From NCBI GenBank assembly GCA_021817825.1, contig JAKAFS010000005.1, positions 2,679-66,678 of the forward strand: a stretch of DNA of 64,000 nt, read 5' to 3'. Under the pieces are notes generated by a model that was not told the DNA's origin, did not search any database, and was given only the letters and a program-made list of their open reading frames with translations. Numbering within the stretch: position 1 is the first letter of the stretch; each line of letters begins with the position of its first letter. Source of the stretch: Deltaproteobacteria bacterium (lineage in GTDB: Bacteria; Desulfobacterota; Syntrophia; Syntrophales; UBA5619). The position numbers were made by a program, and so were the translations under genes. This document shows, one piece after another, positions 1 to 9,556 of this stretch.

Positions 1-1
1 G

Positions 2-526
2 TTGACGGTCCCGGTGACCTACACATTTCCCCAGCGGATCGACGCGGTGGGGATCAACAACCGGGAGCGCTGGCAGCACAAGCAGCGGCAAGCCATCGTC
101 TCCAATTATCGCCATGCCCCCTGCTGGGACTTTGTCGCTCCCCTTCTCGAAGAGATTTTGTCCCGCCCCTGGGAGAAGCTGGCGCCCCTGAATATCTTTG
201 TGGTAAAAAAACTGGCGGAAAGGCTGGGCATCACGACCCCCCTTTACGTGGCCTCGGAGCTGCCCGCCTTTCCCGACGATCCGGACGAGCGGCTGATCGC
301 CATCGCCAAACACTTCGGGGCCGATACCTATCTGGCCGGTGCCGGCGGCCATGGTTACATGGATCTTGACCGCTATGAACGAAATGGCATAAAAGTGCTT
401 TTCCAGAAGTACGATCATCCTGTATATGAACAGAAGTTCGGCGGCTTTGAACCGTTTCTGTCGGTCCTGGACCTTCTTTTCAACCATGGACCCGCTAGCC
501 TGAGCATCCTGAGGGGGAAGAAATGA
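2..526 (+). CDS. WbqC-family protein (5' end truncated by window edge)
   Basis: The ORF runs to the window edge. The C-terminal region (GADTYLAGAGGHGYMDL...FEPFLSVLDLLFNHGP) resembles the WbqC family. Its stop overlaps the next start (ATGA at 523-526). Confidence 0.75.
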   Translation: MTVPVTYTFPQRIDAVGINNRERWQHKQRQAIVSNYRHAPCWDFVAPLLEEILSRPWEKLAPLNIFVVKKLAERLGITTPLYVASELPAFPDDPDERLIAIAKHFGADTYLAGAGGHGYMDLDRYERNGIKVLFQKYDHPVYEQKFGGFEPFLSVLDLLFNHGPASLSILRGKK

Positions 527-1152
527 AAATCCTGGCGATCGGCGCCCATCCGGACGACATTGAAGCGGGCTGCTCCGGTACTTTGGCCAAATACATGCAA
601 AACGGCCATGACATCTACCTGCTCATCATGACCGAAGGCCACATGGGCGGGGAGGGGGCCGTGAGAAAAAAAGAGCAGGCCAAATCGGCGAAGATCCTCA
701 AACCGCGGAAACTGATCTGGGGGGGGTATAAGGATACGCTCTTGGCGCCGCATATGAACCGGATGGTTCATGACATCGAAGTCGTGCTGAAGAAGATCTC
801 TCCCGATTTCATTTTCGTCCACTATGCCGACGACACCCACCAGGATCATCGGTCCCTGGCCGAGGCGACGATTTCCGCAACCCGCTACGTGCGAAACGTG
901 CTTTTTTACGAAGGGCCGACGACCCAGAATTTTTCCCCTACCACCTTCGTGGACATCAAGGAGTCCCTCGACGCCAAAATCAGCATGCTCCTGGCCCATC
1001 ACTCCCAGGTGCAGAAGACGAACATCGAGGGACTGACCATTACGGATATCGTCCGTTCCACCGCCGTTTTCCGCGGGATCCAGGGGCGGGTGCAATTCGC
1101 CGAGGCCTTTGTGCCTTTGCGGTTGTTCATCAACGTGACTGAACTCATGTAA
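523..1152 (+). CDS. PIG-L/LmbE-family deacetylase
   Basis: The N-terminus MKILAIGAHPDDIEAGCSGT carries the AHPDD motif typical of LmbE/PIG-L N-acetylglucosaminyl deacetylases. It is translationally coupled to the upstream gene. Confidence 0.85.
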   Translation: MKILAIGAHPDDIEAGCSGTLAKYMQNGHDIYLLIMTEGHMGGEGAVRKKEQAKSAKILKPRKLIWGGYKDTLLAPHMNRMVHDIEVVLKKISPDFIFVHYADDTHQDHRSLAEATISATRYVRNVLFYEGPTTQNFSPTTFVDIKESLDAKISMLLAHHSQVQKTNIEGLTITDIVRSTAVFRGIQGRVQFAEAFVPLRLFINVTELM

Positions 1153-1165
1153 AGGCTGCCGATCC

Positions 1166-2212
1166 ATGCCGGTCATTCCCCATTCCCGACCCACGATCGA
1201 TCACGCGGAAATCGACGCCGTGACGGCCGTCCTTAAGTCCGGGCAGCTTGCCCAGGGCGGGCAGGTCCTTCGTTTCGAGCAGGCGCTGGCGGCGCGGATC
1301 GGGGTCCGTGGGGCCCTAGCGGTCAGTTCCGGTACCGCCGCCCTGCATCTGGCCCTCCTGGCCCTGAAGATCGGCGAGGGGGACGAGGTCGCGCTGCCCA
1401 GCTTTGTCTGCCCGGCCCTGCTCAATGCGATCCGTTCCGTCCGCGCGGTGCCCCTCCTGGCCGATATCGATCCTATGACCTTCAATATCGATGTTCAGGA
1501 TCTTCGCCGTCGTCTGACGGCAAAGACGAAGGCGGTGATCGTTCCCCATATGTTTGGCCTGCCGGCGGACATCCGGGAAATCGTTGCCTTGGGAGTTCCC
1601 GTGATCGAGGATTGCGCCCAATCGTTGGGAAGCCGCTATGAAGGGGTGCCCACCGGCCGTTTCGGCACCCTGGCGATCTTCTCCTTCTATGCGACCAAGG
1701 TGATCTGCACCGGGGAAGGGGGCATGGTCGCCTCCAACGACCAGCGGTTATTGGACGCCGTCCGCGACCTTCGCGAATACGATGAAAAGGCGGATGACCG
1801 CCTCCGTTACAACTACAAGCTGACGGACCTTCAGGCGGCCCTAGGCATGGTGCAGCTCGAAAAACTTCCCGCCCTGATCGCCCGCCGCCGGGCGTTGGCC
1901 AAGCAATATGACGATTTTCTTTCCCGTTGCGCCGCTCCCGTGCCTGCCCGTCCAGCGGAGCGGGAGTCTATTTTTTACCGGTATATTATCCGAACCGAGC
2001 GTCTGGCGGAACTTCTGGCTGCCGGCGAAGGGGCCGGCATCGCCTATCGGCGACCCGTTTTCAAGCCCCTTCATCATTACCTCGGGACAACCGGCTATCC
2101 TGCGAGCGAGGCCGCTTTCCGGACGGGCGCCTCGCTCCCCATCTATCCTTCCCTACAGGACGACGAAGTCGCCGCGATCCTCAGTCATGTTCAACCCTTT
2201 TTGAGGAGGTGA
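1166..2212 (+). CDS. DegT/DnrJ/EryC1/StrS-family PLP-dependent sugar aminotransferase
   Basis: The length is 348 aa. It has the typical N-terminus (IPHSRPTIDHAEIDAV...) and the FSFYATK lysine motif region. Confidence 0.9.
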   Translation: MPVIPHSRPTIDHAEIDAVTAVLKSGQLAQGGQVLRFEQALAARIGVRGALAVSSGTAALHLALLALKIGEGDEVALPSFVCPALLNAIRSVRAVPLLADIDPMTFNIDVQDLRRRLTAKTKAVIVPHMFGLPADIREIVALGVPVIEDCAQSLGSRYEGVPTGRFGTLAIFSFYATKVICTGEGGMVASNDQRLLDAVRDLREYDEKADDRLRYNYKLTDLQAALGMVQLEKLPALIARRRALAKQYDDFLSRCAAPVPARPAERESIFYRYIIRTERLAELLAAGEGAGIAYRRPVFKPLHHYLGTTGYPASEAAFRTGASLPIYPSLQDDEVAAILSHVQPFLRR

Positions 2213-2217
2213 TCCGC

Positions 2218-3384
2218 ATGTTTTCCAGGGAAAGCAGGAAGAAGGTTTCTTTTCTCCGGGTCTTTTGGGGGGTGGCGTGCATCCTTTTCATCGCCCTGCT
2301 GATTCCCGCCGTCCGCCTGTTTTTCTTCGATCATTTCGGCCGCTGGCTTTATATCCTGATTTTTGCCTCTTCCACGTCCGCCCTGCTGACACCGCTCATG
2401 ATATCCACTGCCGTCCGGACGGGGATTGTCGATACCCCCGGCGGGCGAAAGATTCATTCCCGGGTCACCCCTCTGCTCGGCGGCGTCGCGATCATCATCT
2501 CTTTCATTGCCGCGCTGCTGGCCAACATGATCCTGGACGCCCGGGACATTATCCTGATTGCCGGGGGCACGGTGATGGCGGTGGTCGGTCTTCTGGATGA
2601 CTGGAAGAATGTTCCGGCCCGCTACAAACTCCTCATTCAGGTCGGTGTCGTACTCGTCCTGATCCGATCCGGGATCATCCTCGATCTTTTCCCGATCCAT
2701 ACGCAATGGGGGTATCTCCTCAACGCCTTTCTTTCCATTGTCTGGATCGTCGGTCTCACCAATGCCATGAATTTCATCGATGGCATGGACGGTTTGGCCA
2801 CCGGGGTGAGCGCCATTATTTCCCTGTTCCTGGGAATTGTGGCCTTTCAAACTTCGCAACCCTTCATGGGCTGGATCGCCATTGCCATGCTGGGAAGCTG
2901 TCTCGGCTTTCTGCCCTTCAATTTCAGTTTGGGAAAGCAGGGGCAGGCCTCGATTTTCCTGGGTGATGCGGGAAGCACCTTTTTCGGATTCATCCTTTCC
3001 GCACTGGCCATCAAAGCCTCCTGGGCAGACCACAATCCCATCGTTTCTTTCGCCACCCCGATCCTCATCTTTTGGGTCTTGATCTACGATATGGCGTACA
3101 TTACCTTCGAGCGGCTCATCAACGGGAAGGTGAAAAGCTTCAAGGAATGGATCGACTATGTGGGAACCGACCATATCCATCACCGGCTCTTTGCGATCCT
3201 TGGCGACCGCAGAAAGGCGGTCCTGTTCATCTTCTTTCTCTGCGCCACCCTCGGCATCAGCGCCATTACCCTCCGGGATGCCACGCCGAGCGATGGGATT
3301 CTGACGGTGATCCAGGCGTTCTTTGTTACAGTCCTGGTTTCCATTCTCGAATATACCGGGCGACACCGGATGGGAGAAAAGTAG
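2218..3384 (+). CDS. Glycosyltransferase family 4 (MraY/WecA/WbpL-like polyprenyl-phosphate sugar-1-phosphate transferase)
   Basis: I chose the ATG at 2218, preceded by GAGGAGG. The protein is polytopic with motifs DDWKN..., NAMNFIDGMDGLA and FLGDAGS. The longer track ORF from 1927 overlaps the DegT gene and is unlikely. Confidence 0.85.
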   Translation: MFSRESRKKVSFLRVFWGVACILFIALLIPAVRLFFFDHFGRWLYILIFASSTSALLTPLMISTAVRTGIVDTPGGRKIHSRVTPLLGGVAIIISFIAALLANMILDARDIILIAGGTVMAVVGLLDDWKNVPARYKLLIQVGVVLVLIRSGIILDLFPIHTQWGYLLNAFLSIVWIVGLTNAMNFIDGMDGLATGVSAIISLFLGIVAFQTSQPFMGWIAIAMLGSCLGFLPFNFSLGKQGQASIFLGDAGSTFFGFILSALAIKASWADHNPIVSFATPILIFWVLIYDMAYITFERLINGKVKSFKEWIDYVGTDHIHHRLFAILGDRRKAVLFIFFLCATLGISAITLRDATPSDGILTVIQAFFVTVLVSILEYTGRHRMGEK

Positions 3385-3406
3385 TGAAGGATAAGGAGTC
3401 TGCCCC

Positions 3407-4111
3407 ATGCTCCTGGTAAAACAGTTTCGTTATGGCGCCGATAATCTCGGCTATCTCCTCTACGGCAGAAAAAGCGCCCTGGCCGTCGATGGCGGGGCGG
3501 CCGAGGCGATTCTCGCATTTACGGAGGCGCATCGTCTTTGCCTCCAGTATGTGGTCAACACCCATCGGCACGCCGATCATACCAGCGGCAACGCCACCCT
3601 TCTGGGCCGGTCAAAAGCGCAATTTCTTTCGGGGCAGGATCTGCTCGATCCTGGGGCGGAACTCGTTTTTGCCGGAGAACCTATCCGGATCATCCCGACG
3701 CCGGGTCATACGGAAGACTCGCTTTGTTTTTACACCGGCCGGGCGCTGGTCACGGGGGACACCCTTTTCAACGGAACGATCGGAAATTGCTTTTCCGGCG
3801 ATCTGGAGGCCTATTACCGGTCCATCCGAATGTTGCTGACCCTTCCCGAGGAGACCGTGGTTTACGCCGGCCATGACTATGTCCGGGATTCCATGGCCTT
3901 TGCGAAGAGTATCGAACCGGAAAACGGGTTCATCAACGATTTCGTCAAGCGCTACGATCCCGAGCATGTCCGTTCCACACTGGCGGATGAGAAGAGGATA
4001 AACCCCTACTTCCGTTTCAACGAACCGGGGATCGTGAGGCTTTTGGCAAGACGGGGCCTTCCCCGGGAAACCGAATGGGAGCGCTGGCATTCGCTCATGA
4101 GCATCGAATAA
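3407..4111 (+). CDS. gloB: MBL-fold hydrolase, hydroxyacylglutathione hydrolase (glyoxalase II)-like
   Basis: It has the THRHADHTSGN metal motif and a length of about 234 aa. It sits next to a glyoxalase I-like gene, and an AAGGAG RBS precedes the start. Confidence 0.7.
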   Translation: MLLVKQFRYGADNLGYLLYGRKSALAVDGGAAEAILAFTEAHRLCLQYVVNTHRHADHTSGNATLLGRSKAQFLSGQDLLDPGAELVFAGEPIRIIPTPGHTEDSLCFYTGRALVTGDTLFNGTIGNCFSGDLEAYYRSIRMLLTLPEETVVYAGHDYVRDSMAFAKSIEPENGFINDFVKRYDPEHVRSTLADEKRINPYFRFNEPGIVRLLARRGLPRETEWERWHSLMSIE

Positions 4112-4147
4112 TCGCATATAAACGCATTCAATAGCTGGGGGATTGAA

Positions 4148-4519
4148 ATGAAATTCAGGTTTGCGCACAACAACTTCAACGTCTTGGATCTGGAAAAAAG
4201 CGTCCGCTTTTATCAAGAGGCCCTACAGTTGAAGGAGGCCCGGAGAGTCGCTGCTGCCGACGGAAGTTTCGTGCTTGTCTTTTTGACCGATGGGGAAACG
4301 GGACACAAACTCGAGCTCACCTGGCTGAAAGACCGGAAAGAGCCTTACCAACTGGGGGACAACGAGTTTCACCTGGCACTGACCGTGGATGATTTCGCCG
4401 CAGCCCATGCCCATCATGAGAAGATGGGTTGCATCTGCTACGAAAACGAGAAGATGGGAATCTACTTCATCCACGATCCCGACGATTATTGGATCGAGAT
4501 CATCCCGGCCAGAAGCTAA
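4148..4519 (+). CDS. gloA: VOC-family protein, lactoylglutathione lyase (glyoxalase I)-like
   Basis: This is a 123-aa VOC fold (FAHNNFNVLDLEKSVRFY...ELTW...FHLALTVDD...IEIIP). It is paired with the glyoxalase II-like gene. Confidence 0.7.
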   Translation: MKFRFAHNNFNVLDLEKSVRFYQEALQLKEARRVAAADGSFVLVFLTDGETGHKLELTWLKDRKEPYQLGDNEFHLALTVDDFAAAHAHHEKMGCICYENEKMGIYFIHDPDDYWIEIIPARS

Positions 4520-4554
4520 ACGTTCGCTTACGGCGTTTAGAAGGAGGGTTCTAA

Positions 4555-4581
4555 ACAGGGGGGCAGCCCCCTGTTTTTTTA
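4555..4581 (+). terminator. Rho-independent terminator after the glyoxalase genes
   Basis: ACAGGGGG-gcag-CCCCCTGT stem followed by a T7 tract. Confidence 0.75.
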
Positions 4582-4701
4582 TTTTAAGGGGACAGGGCAA
4601 CAGGGGTCGGAAAAGAGCCTTGCGCTCACCGGTGCGATTGTGTAGATTTTCAACGGAACGTGTCCGGAAATCAGGTCCGTAGTCAGCCGAAGGAGAAAAA
4701 C

Positions 4702-5754
4702 ATGAGACCACTGAAGGGCAACAATATCCCGTTCATCATCCTGCTCGGCGCGGTGACGCTCCTTTTCCTTTATCTGCTCAAGCCCTTTTTCTTCTCCATC
4801 TTCTGGGCCGTCGTGATCGCCGGGATCTTCCACCCCCTTTACCGGCGGGTCAACGGTTGGCTGAATCGTCCCAATCTGAGCACCGTGGTCGTTTTCTTCG
4901 TCATTGGCCTGTGCATTCTTCTGCCCTTGGGAGTGGTGGGGACCCTGGTTTTCAACGAATCCGTTCAGCTCTACGGAAGGTTGAGCCCCGATGCACAAAA
5001 CTTCGATCGGAATTTCCAGCAGATCATCGGTGCGCTGGCGGACAATCCCCTCGCCGGACGTCTCAAGATCGACGAGGCCGTACTCAGCGAAAAGATCGTG
5101 GAGATCGCGAGGAGCATCACGAACTACATCTTCGTTCATTTGACAGCGCTGACGCAGAACACTCTGGGGCTGCTCGTCAAGTTCGCCATCATGCTCTATA
5201 CCCTCTTTTTCATCATTCGCGACGGGGATATGCTGCTCCGGATGGGGATGCGGCTTTGCCCGCTGGGAATGGGGCGGGAGAAGCGGCTTTACGATAGTTT
5301 CCTGACGACGGCCCGTTCGACCTTGAAGGTCACCTTGATCATCGGCGGCATCCAGGGGATGATCGGCGGAATCGTTTTTCTGATCACCGGCATCGAAGGA
5401 TCGTTGATCTGGGGGCTTCTGATGATCCTGATGGCCGTCGTCCCCGTCGCCGGCTGTTCCATCATCTGGGGACCCGCCGGTCTCCTGATGCTGCTCACCG
5501 GCCATCTCTGGGAAGGGATCCTGATTCTTGCCGCCGGCTTTTTCCTGATCAGCACGGTCGACAACCTGCTGCGTCCCATCCTCATCGGAAAAGACGTGGA
5601 GATGCATCCGTTGCTGATTTTTCTCTCCACCCTGGGGGGGATCGCCTTGTTCGGTTTTTCCGGATTCGTCATCGGTCCGATCATTACGGCCCTGCTCCTG
5701 GCAATCTGGCAGATGTCCGAAGAATTCTTTCCGAAAGATTCTGACGCAAAATAA
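4702..5754 (+). CDS. AI-2E family transporter (PerM/YhhT-like)
   Basis: ATG at 4702 follows an AAGGAG RBS. The protein is polytopic and its C-terminal region (VDNLLRPILIGKDVEMHPLLIFLSTLGG) is typical of the family. Confidence 0.85.
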   Translation: MRPLKGNNIPFIILLGAVTLLFLYLLKPFFFSIFWAVVIAGIFHPLYRRVNGWLNRPNLSTVVVFFVIGLCILLPLGVVGTLVFNESVQLYGRLSPDAQNFDRNFQQIIGALADNPLAGRLKIDEAVLSEKIVEIARSITNYIFVHLTALTQNTLGLLVKFAIMLYTLFFIIRDGDMLLRMGMRLCPLGMGREKRLYDSFLTTARSTLKVTLIIGGIQGMIGGIVFLITGIEGSLIWGLLMILMAVVPVAGCSIIWGPAGLLMLLTGHLWEGILILAAGFFLISTVDNLLRPILIGKDVEMHPLLIFLSTLGGIALFGFSGFVIGPIITALLLAIWQMSEEFFPKDSDAK

Positions 5755-5816
5755 GGAGAGGAATCCCCAGGAAGGATAGCTTTTTAAGCCCGGCAAACGA
5801 GGTTGATCCCAGGTTT

Positions 5817-6809
5817 TTAAAACAGGATCAGCAGATGATAGATCAAGGCCGAGATCAGGGCCGACAAGGGAATCGTCAGCACCCAGGCCCAGACAATGGT
5901 TCCTGCCACTCCCCAATGCACCGCCGTCAGACGGTGGGTGGCGCCGACGCCGACGATCGCGCCGGTAATGGTATGGGTCGTGCTGACGGGAATGCCGCCG
6001 AGAGAAGCCCCGATGATGGCCAGGGCGGCGGCCGTCTCTGCAGAGAATCCTCCCATCGGCCGGAGCTTGGTGATCTTCGTCCCCATGGTCTTGACGATTC
6101 GCCAGCCGCCCGCCATCGTTCCCAGGCCGATGACCGTGTAGCAGGTGATTTCGGTCCAGGCCGGGATGTGAAAGACGGGACCCAGCATTCCCCGACTGTA
6201 GAGGACCAGCGCTATGATTCCCATGGTCTTCTGGGCATCGTTCATCCCGTGTCCCATGCTGAAGATGGCGGCGGAAAGCAGCTGGAGCTTCCGGAAGACG
6301 CGATCCGCCCGATAGACCGTCGAGTGGCGGCAGAGGTTCGTCACAAGGGTCATCAGGCCTAATCCCAAGGCCATCCCGATTGCCGGCGAAAGGACGATGA
6401 AGAGCACCGTCTTTTCGATTCCCGAAAGGACCAGCACGTCCAGTCCTCCCTTCACGATGCCGACACCGATCAGACCGCCGATCAACGCATGGGAGGAACT
6501 GCTCGGAAGACCCAGGTACCAGGTGATCAGATTCCAGGCGATCGCCCCCCCGAGGGCCGAGAAGATGACCGCATCGGTGATGATATCGATATGGATGATC
6601 CCCGTTCCGATCGTCTTGGCGACCGGAACGCCGACGAGGAAAAAGGCGACGAAATTGAAGAAAGCCGCCCAGAGGACTGCTTGGCCGGGGGTGAGGACGC
6701 GGGTGGAAACGATGGTCGAGATGGCGTTCGCGGCGTCGTGGAAGCCGTTGATAAAGTCGAATACCAGTGCCGTCAGGACGAGGAAGATGACCGGGGCGAG
6801 TTCAGCCAT
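5817..6809 (-). CDS. Inorganic phosphate transporter, PiT family
   Basis: The 330-aa membrane protein has duplicated GFHDAANAI and GMNDAQK motifs. Its start overlaps the end of the DUF47 gene. Confidence 0.9.
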   Translation of the reverse strand: MAELAPVIFLVLTALVFDFINGFHDAANAISTIVSTRVLTPGQAVLWAAFFNFVAFFLVGVPVAKTIGTGIIHIDIITDAVIFSALGGAIAWNLITWYLGLPSSSSHALIGGLIGVGIVKGGLDVLVLSGIEKTVLFIVLSPAIGMALGLGLMTLVTNLCRHSTVYRADRVFRKLQLLSAAIFSMGHGMNDAQKTMGIIALVLYSRGMLGPVFHIPAWTEITCYTVIGLGTMAGGWRIVKTMGTKITKLRPMGGFSAETAAALAIIGASLGGIPVSTTHTITGAIVGVGATHRLTAVHWGVAGTIVWAWVLTIPLSALISALIYHLLILF

Positions 6810-7422
6810 TTTTCAGGACGATCCCCTCCACGATGTTGGAGACGTCTTCACAGGTATCGATCGCCTCTTCGATCCGTTCGTGGATTTCTTTCCACTTGAT
6901 CAGTTCCTTGACGTCCGGCTCGTGTTCAAACAGCCGCGCCATCGTCGTCCGGAGGATCACATCGCCGGCGTTTTCCAGGGTGTGGATCTCGATGCAGGTT
7001 TGGAGCATCAGCGGGGCGTTTTTCATATCTCTCAGGGCGTGAATGAGCGTTTGGACCTTCCCGATGCTCTCGTTCAGGACCCGCGCCTGCTCGATGAGCG
7101 CCTCCGCCGGTTCCTTCACCCCGTAGAGGAGAAGGCGGGAGGCGGCCGCTTCGGTCATGTCGAGGATACTGTCCATCTTGTTGATAAGGCTGTAGATGTC
7201 TTCGCGGTCGAGAGGCGTGAGGAAAGTCGAGTGCATCTTTGCACAGGTCCGGTGAGTGATGATGTCCGCCTCGTGTTCTATCTCCTTGATGCGGTCGATC
7301 TTCGCGGCGTCGTAGGCGCCGCCTTCCACCAGCTCCAGGAAGAGCGCTCCCCCCGCCTTGATCCGGGCCGCCAGCTCTTCGAAGAAATCGAAGAACTTTT
7401 CTTCTTTCGGAAAGAATCTCAT
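6802..7422 (-). CDS. DUF47-family (PhoU-like) protein, partner of the PiT transporter
   Basis: The N-terminus MRFFPKEEKFFDFFEELA is typical of DUF47/YkaA. It forms the conserved gene pair with PiT. Confidence 0.85.
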   Translation of the reverse strand: MRFFPKEEKFFDFFEELAARIKAGGALFLELVEGGAYDAAKIDRIKEIEHEADIITHRTCAKMHSTFLTPLDREDIYSLINKMDSILDMTEAAASRLLLYGVKEPAEALIEQARVLNESIGKVQTLIHALRDMKNAPLMLQTCIEIHTLENAGDVILRTTMARLFEHEPDVKELIKWKEIHERIEEAIDTCEDVSNIVEGIVLKNG

Positions 7423-7646
7423 TGCGATGGTCCTTCTTTAGACTGTGATTGCACAATGCCTGAAGCGTTTGGGTGAAACCCCGTTCTTCCGGAATGCGGG
7501 TAAACCTGCCGAACCTGGGAATGCAGACGCTGCCCGGTCCCGTGAGGTACCGCGTGCTATTACCATTTTTCCCGGCAAGAGACAAGGAAAATAGAAAAGG
7601 TTATCATATTGGTTAGATGAAAATGGAACCCTTTTTTTCGAGGACA

Positions 7647-8171
7647 TTATTTCGGATCGTTGCCGGTGGTCTTTACGAAAATGACTTTCCCGTCGCCGGG
7701 GCCGTAAAAATCCCGGAGAAAGGCCTCCTCACGGTAGCCGCAGGAACGGTAGAAGGCGTGGGTGGGCTCATATTGGGGACGGGAAGAGGTGTCCGCATAG
7801 ATCCTCCGGGCGCCGCGCGCCGCCATGATCCGCTCCGATTCGATCAGGAGCCGCTTGCCGATTCCTTTGCCCTGCGCTTCCGGATCTACGGCGATCCAGT
7901 AAAGATCGTAACTGTGGGTGGAGCCGGGGATCGGGCCGAAACAGGAATAGCCCAGGAGCCGATCCTTTGCTTCGGCAAGGAGGAAGAAATAACCGCTGGA
8001 TTCGCCCTTCAGGAGCCGTTCGTCCACGAGTTCCACGGCGATCCCCGCCTCTTCTTCCGAAAAGAATCCCGTTGCCCGCACGAGACGGCCGACCGCTTCG
8101 CAGTCCGCCGATCTCACCTGCTGTCGATGAAGGATGGGTTCTTCCATATCTCCCTTTTGGCAATCACGCAT
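7647..8171 (-). CDS. GNAT-family N-acetyltransferase
   Basis: The acetyl-CoA binding region WIAVDPEAQGKGIGKRLL is present. It is the last gene of the KamA/ATP-grasp operon and overlaps the preceding gene by 8 nt. An alternative start is at 8147. Confidence 0.8.
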   Translation of the reverse strand: MRDCQKGDMEEPILHRQQVRSADCEAVGRLVRATGFFSEEEAGIAVELVDERLLKGESSGYFFLLAEAKDRLLGYSCFGPIPGSTHSYDLYWIAVDPEAQGKGIGKRLLIESERIMAARGARRIYADTSSRPQYEPTHAFYRSCGYREEAFLRDFYGPGDGKVIFVKTTGNDPK

Positions 8172-8511
8172 GGGGGATGCCTCCCCGGAACATGAAGTAC
8201 GCCGCGCCGACGAGGCAGCAGCCTGCCCAGAGGTAATCCAGCTTCAGCGGCTGCCGCATGTAGAAATAGGCAAAGGCCGCGAAAACGATCATCGTGATGA
8301 TTTCCTGGATCACCTTGAGTTGGGCCAGATTGAAGTAGTGGATGCCGATCCGGTTCGCCGGCACCTGCAAGAGGTATTCGAAAAAAGCGATCCCCCAACT
8401 CAGCAGGATAATGAGAATCAGCGGTTTCCCGTTCATGTTCTTGAGGTGGCCGTACCAGGCAAAAGTCATGAACAGATTTGATAGTACCAACAGTATCAAT
8501 GGTTTTAGCAC
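8164..8511 (-). CDS. DMT-superfamily small membrane protein (DUF486-like)
   Basis: 115 aa, with four predicted TM helices and the FMTFAWYGHLK motif characteristic of DUF486. Confidence 0.75.
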   Translation of the reverse strand: MLKPLILLVLSNLFMTFAWYGHLKNMNGKPLILIILLSWGIAFFEYLLQVPANRIGIHYFNLAQLKVIQEIITMIVFAAFAYFYMRQPLKLDYLWAGCCLVGAAYFMFRGGIPHA

Positions 8512-8538
8512 TTGTTTCGGTTTTAACTCCTTTGCTGT

Positions 8539-9534
8539 TTACTTCCGGCTCCCGGGACCGGGGATATCCTGCATGATCCGCCGCAGCGTTTCAGGGAACT
8601 CCAGGCCGGCTTCGCGGGCGGCCGCCTGAAAACCGGCATCCGGCGAGATGCAGGGGTTGGCGTTGACTTCCAGGATCCAGGGGTGTCCCTCTTTGTCGAT
8701 GCGGAAGTCGACGCGGGCGTAACCCCGCAAAGCGAAGATCTGCCAACACTGAAGGGCAAGCGTCTTTAGATGCGCGAGCAGTGGCGCGTCCGTCTCGGGA
8801 AAACGGAACGACCGCGGCGTGTGGTTGAACTCGAAGGAATTCTCGTCCCACTTGGAGCGGTAGCCGACGACGCGGACTTTACCCGGCGGATAGGCGTCGA
8901 AACGGATCTCGGCCGGGGGCAGGACCTCCGGCCCCCTTTCGCCGGCCAGAACCGAAAGGTTGAATTCCCGGCCGTCGATGAAGGCTTCGGCCAGACATGT
9001 GCCGCCCAGAGAGGCGCGCCGGCTCTCCATTTCCGCGAGGAGCCTTTCTCCGTCCGCTGCCGGAAGCACCGAGTCCTCGTCGAGACCGACCGAGGCGTGT
9101 TCCCAGGCCGACTTGACCAGCCAGGGGCCGGAAATCGGCACATCTTCAGGCCTGTCTGCCGGGGTGAACCAGGGAGGGGTGGGAAGTCCGGCCGCGGCAA
9201 GCCACTTCTTGGCGAGGATCTTGTTGGAGGTGAGCACCATGGCCTCCGTGCCTGCCCCCGTGTAGGGGATTCCCAGGGCGTCCAGCAGGGCCGGGGCGAC
9301 ATGAATGAGGCTGCCCTTCCCGGAGAGGGTTTCCACCAGGTTGAATGCGCAATCGGGATGAAGCGTCGCGAGCGTTCGCGCCGCTTTTTCCAGGTTCAGG
9401 GGAAGAGGGAGGATGAATGTTTCGTGACCCAGGATCTCAAGGCCGCGGGAGACCGCTTCCGCCTGCACCAGGGCGTCCTGTTCGTCCTTGCTGGCATTGA
9501 CGGGCACTTCCCCGTGGATGACGACGACTTTCAT
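8539..9534 (-). CDS. ATP-grasp ligase, D-alanine--D-alanine ligase family (paralogue B)
   Basis: 331 aa. ATP-grasp signatures are present (GIPYTG, REFNLSVL, ARVDFRIDKEGHPWILEVNANP). Confidence 0.8.
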   Translation of the reverse strand: MKVVVIHGEVPVNASKDEQDALVQAEAVSRGLEILGHETFILPLPLNLEKAARTLATLHPDCAFNLVETLSGKGSLIHVAPALLDALGIPYTGAGTEAMVLTSNKILAKKWLAAAGLPTPPWFTPADRPEDVPISGPWLVKSAWEHASVGLDEDSVLPAADGERLLAEMESRRASLGGTCLAEAFIDGREFNLSVLAGERGPEVLPPAEIRFDAYPPGKVRVVGYRSKWDENSFEFNHTPRSFRFPETDAPLLAHLKTLALQCWQIFALRGYARVDFRIDKEGHPWILEVNANPCISPDAGFQAAAREAGLEFPETLRRIMQDIPGPGSRK

Positions 9535-9556
9535 GATCGGTTGCCCTGGATGCCCT

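Noticed and set aside
2191-3408. 405-aa ORF antisense to the GT4 transferase gene. Similar long antisense or out-of-frame ORFs occur at 4579-5916, 10537-11364, 19806-20711, 21686-22918, 36926-37930, 40208-41608, 41920-43323, 47582-49039, 51402-52727, 52670-54259, 59577-60473, 60825-61769 and 62637-63731.
   Set aside because: Their translations are Arg/Gly/Pro/Asp-rich low-complexity sequences with no recognisable motifs. They fully overlap genes that have strong family signatures. This is the typical shadow-ORF artefact in GC-rich DNA.
4655-4700. CAGGTCCG...AGCCGAAGGAG, reminiscent of the SRP (4.5S) RNA conserved domain.
   Set aside because: It gives only a partial match to the GGUCCGGAAGGAAGCAGCC core and no extended helix. 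The segment is simply the RBS-containing leader of the AI-2E transporter gene.
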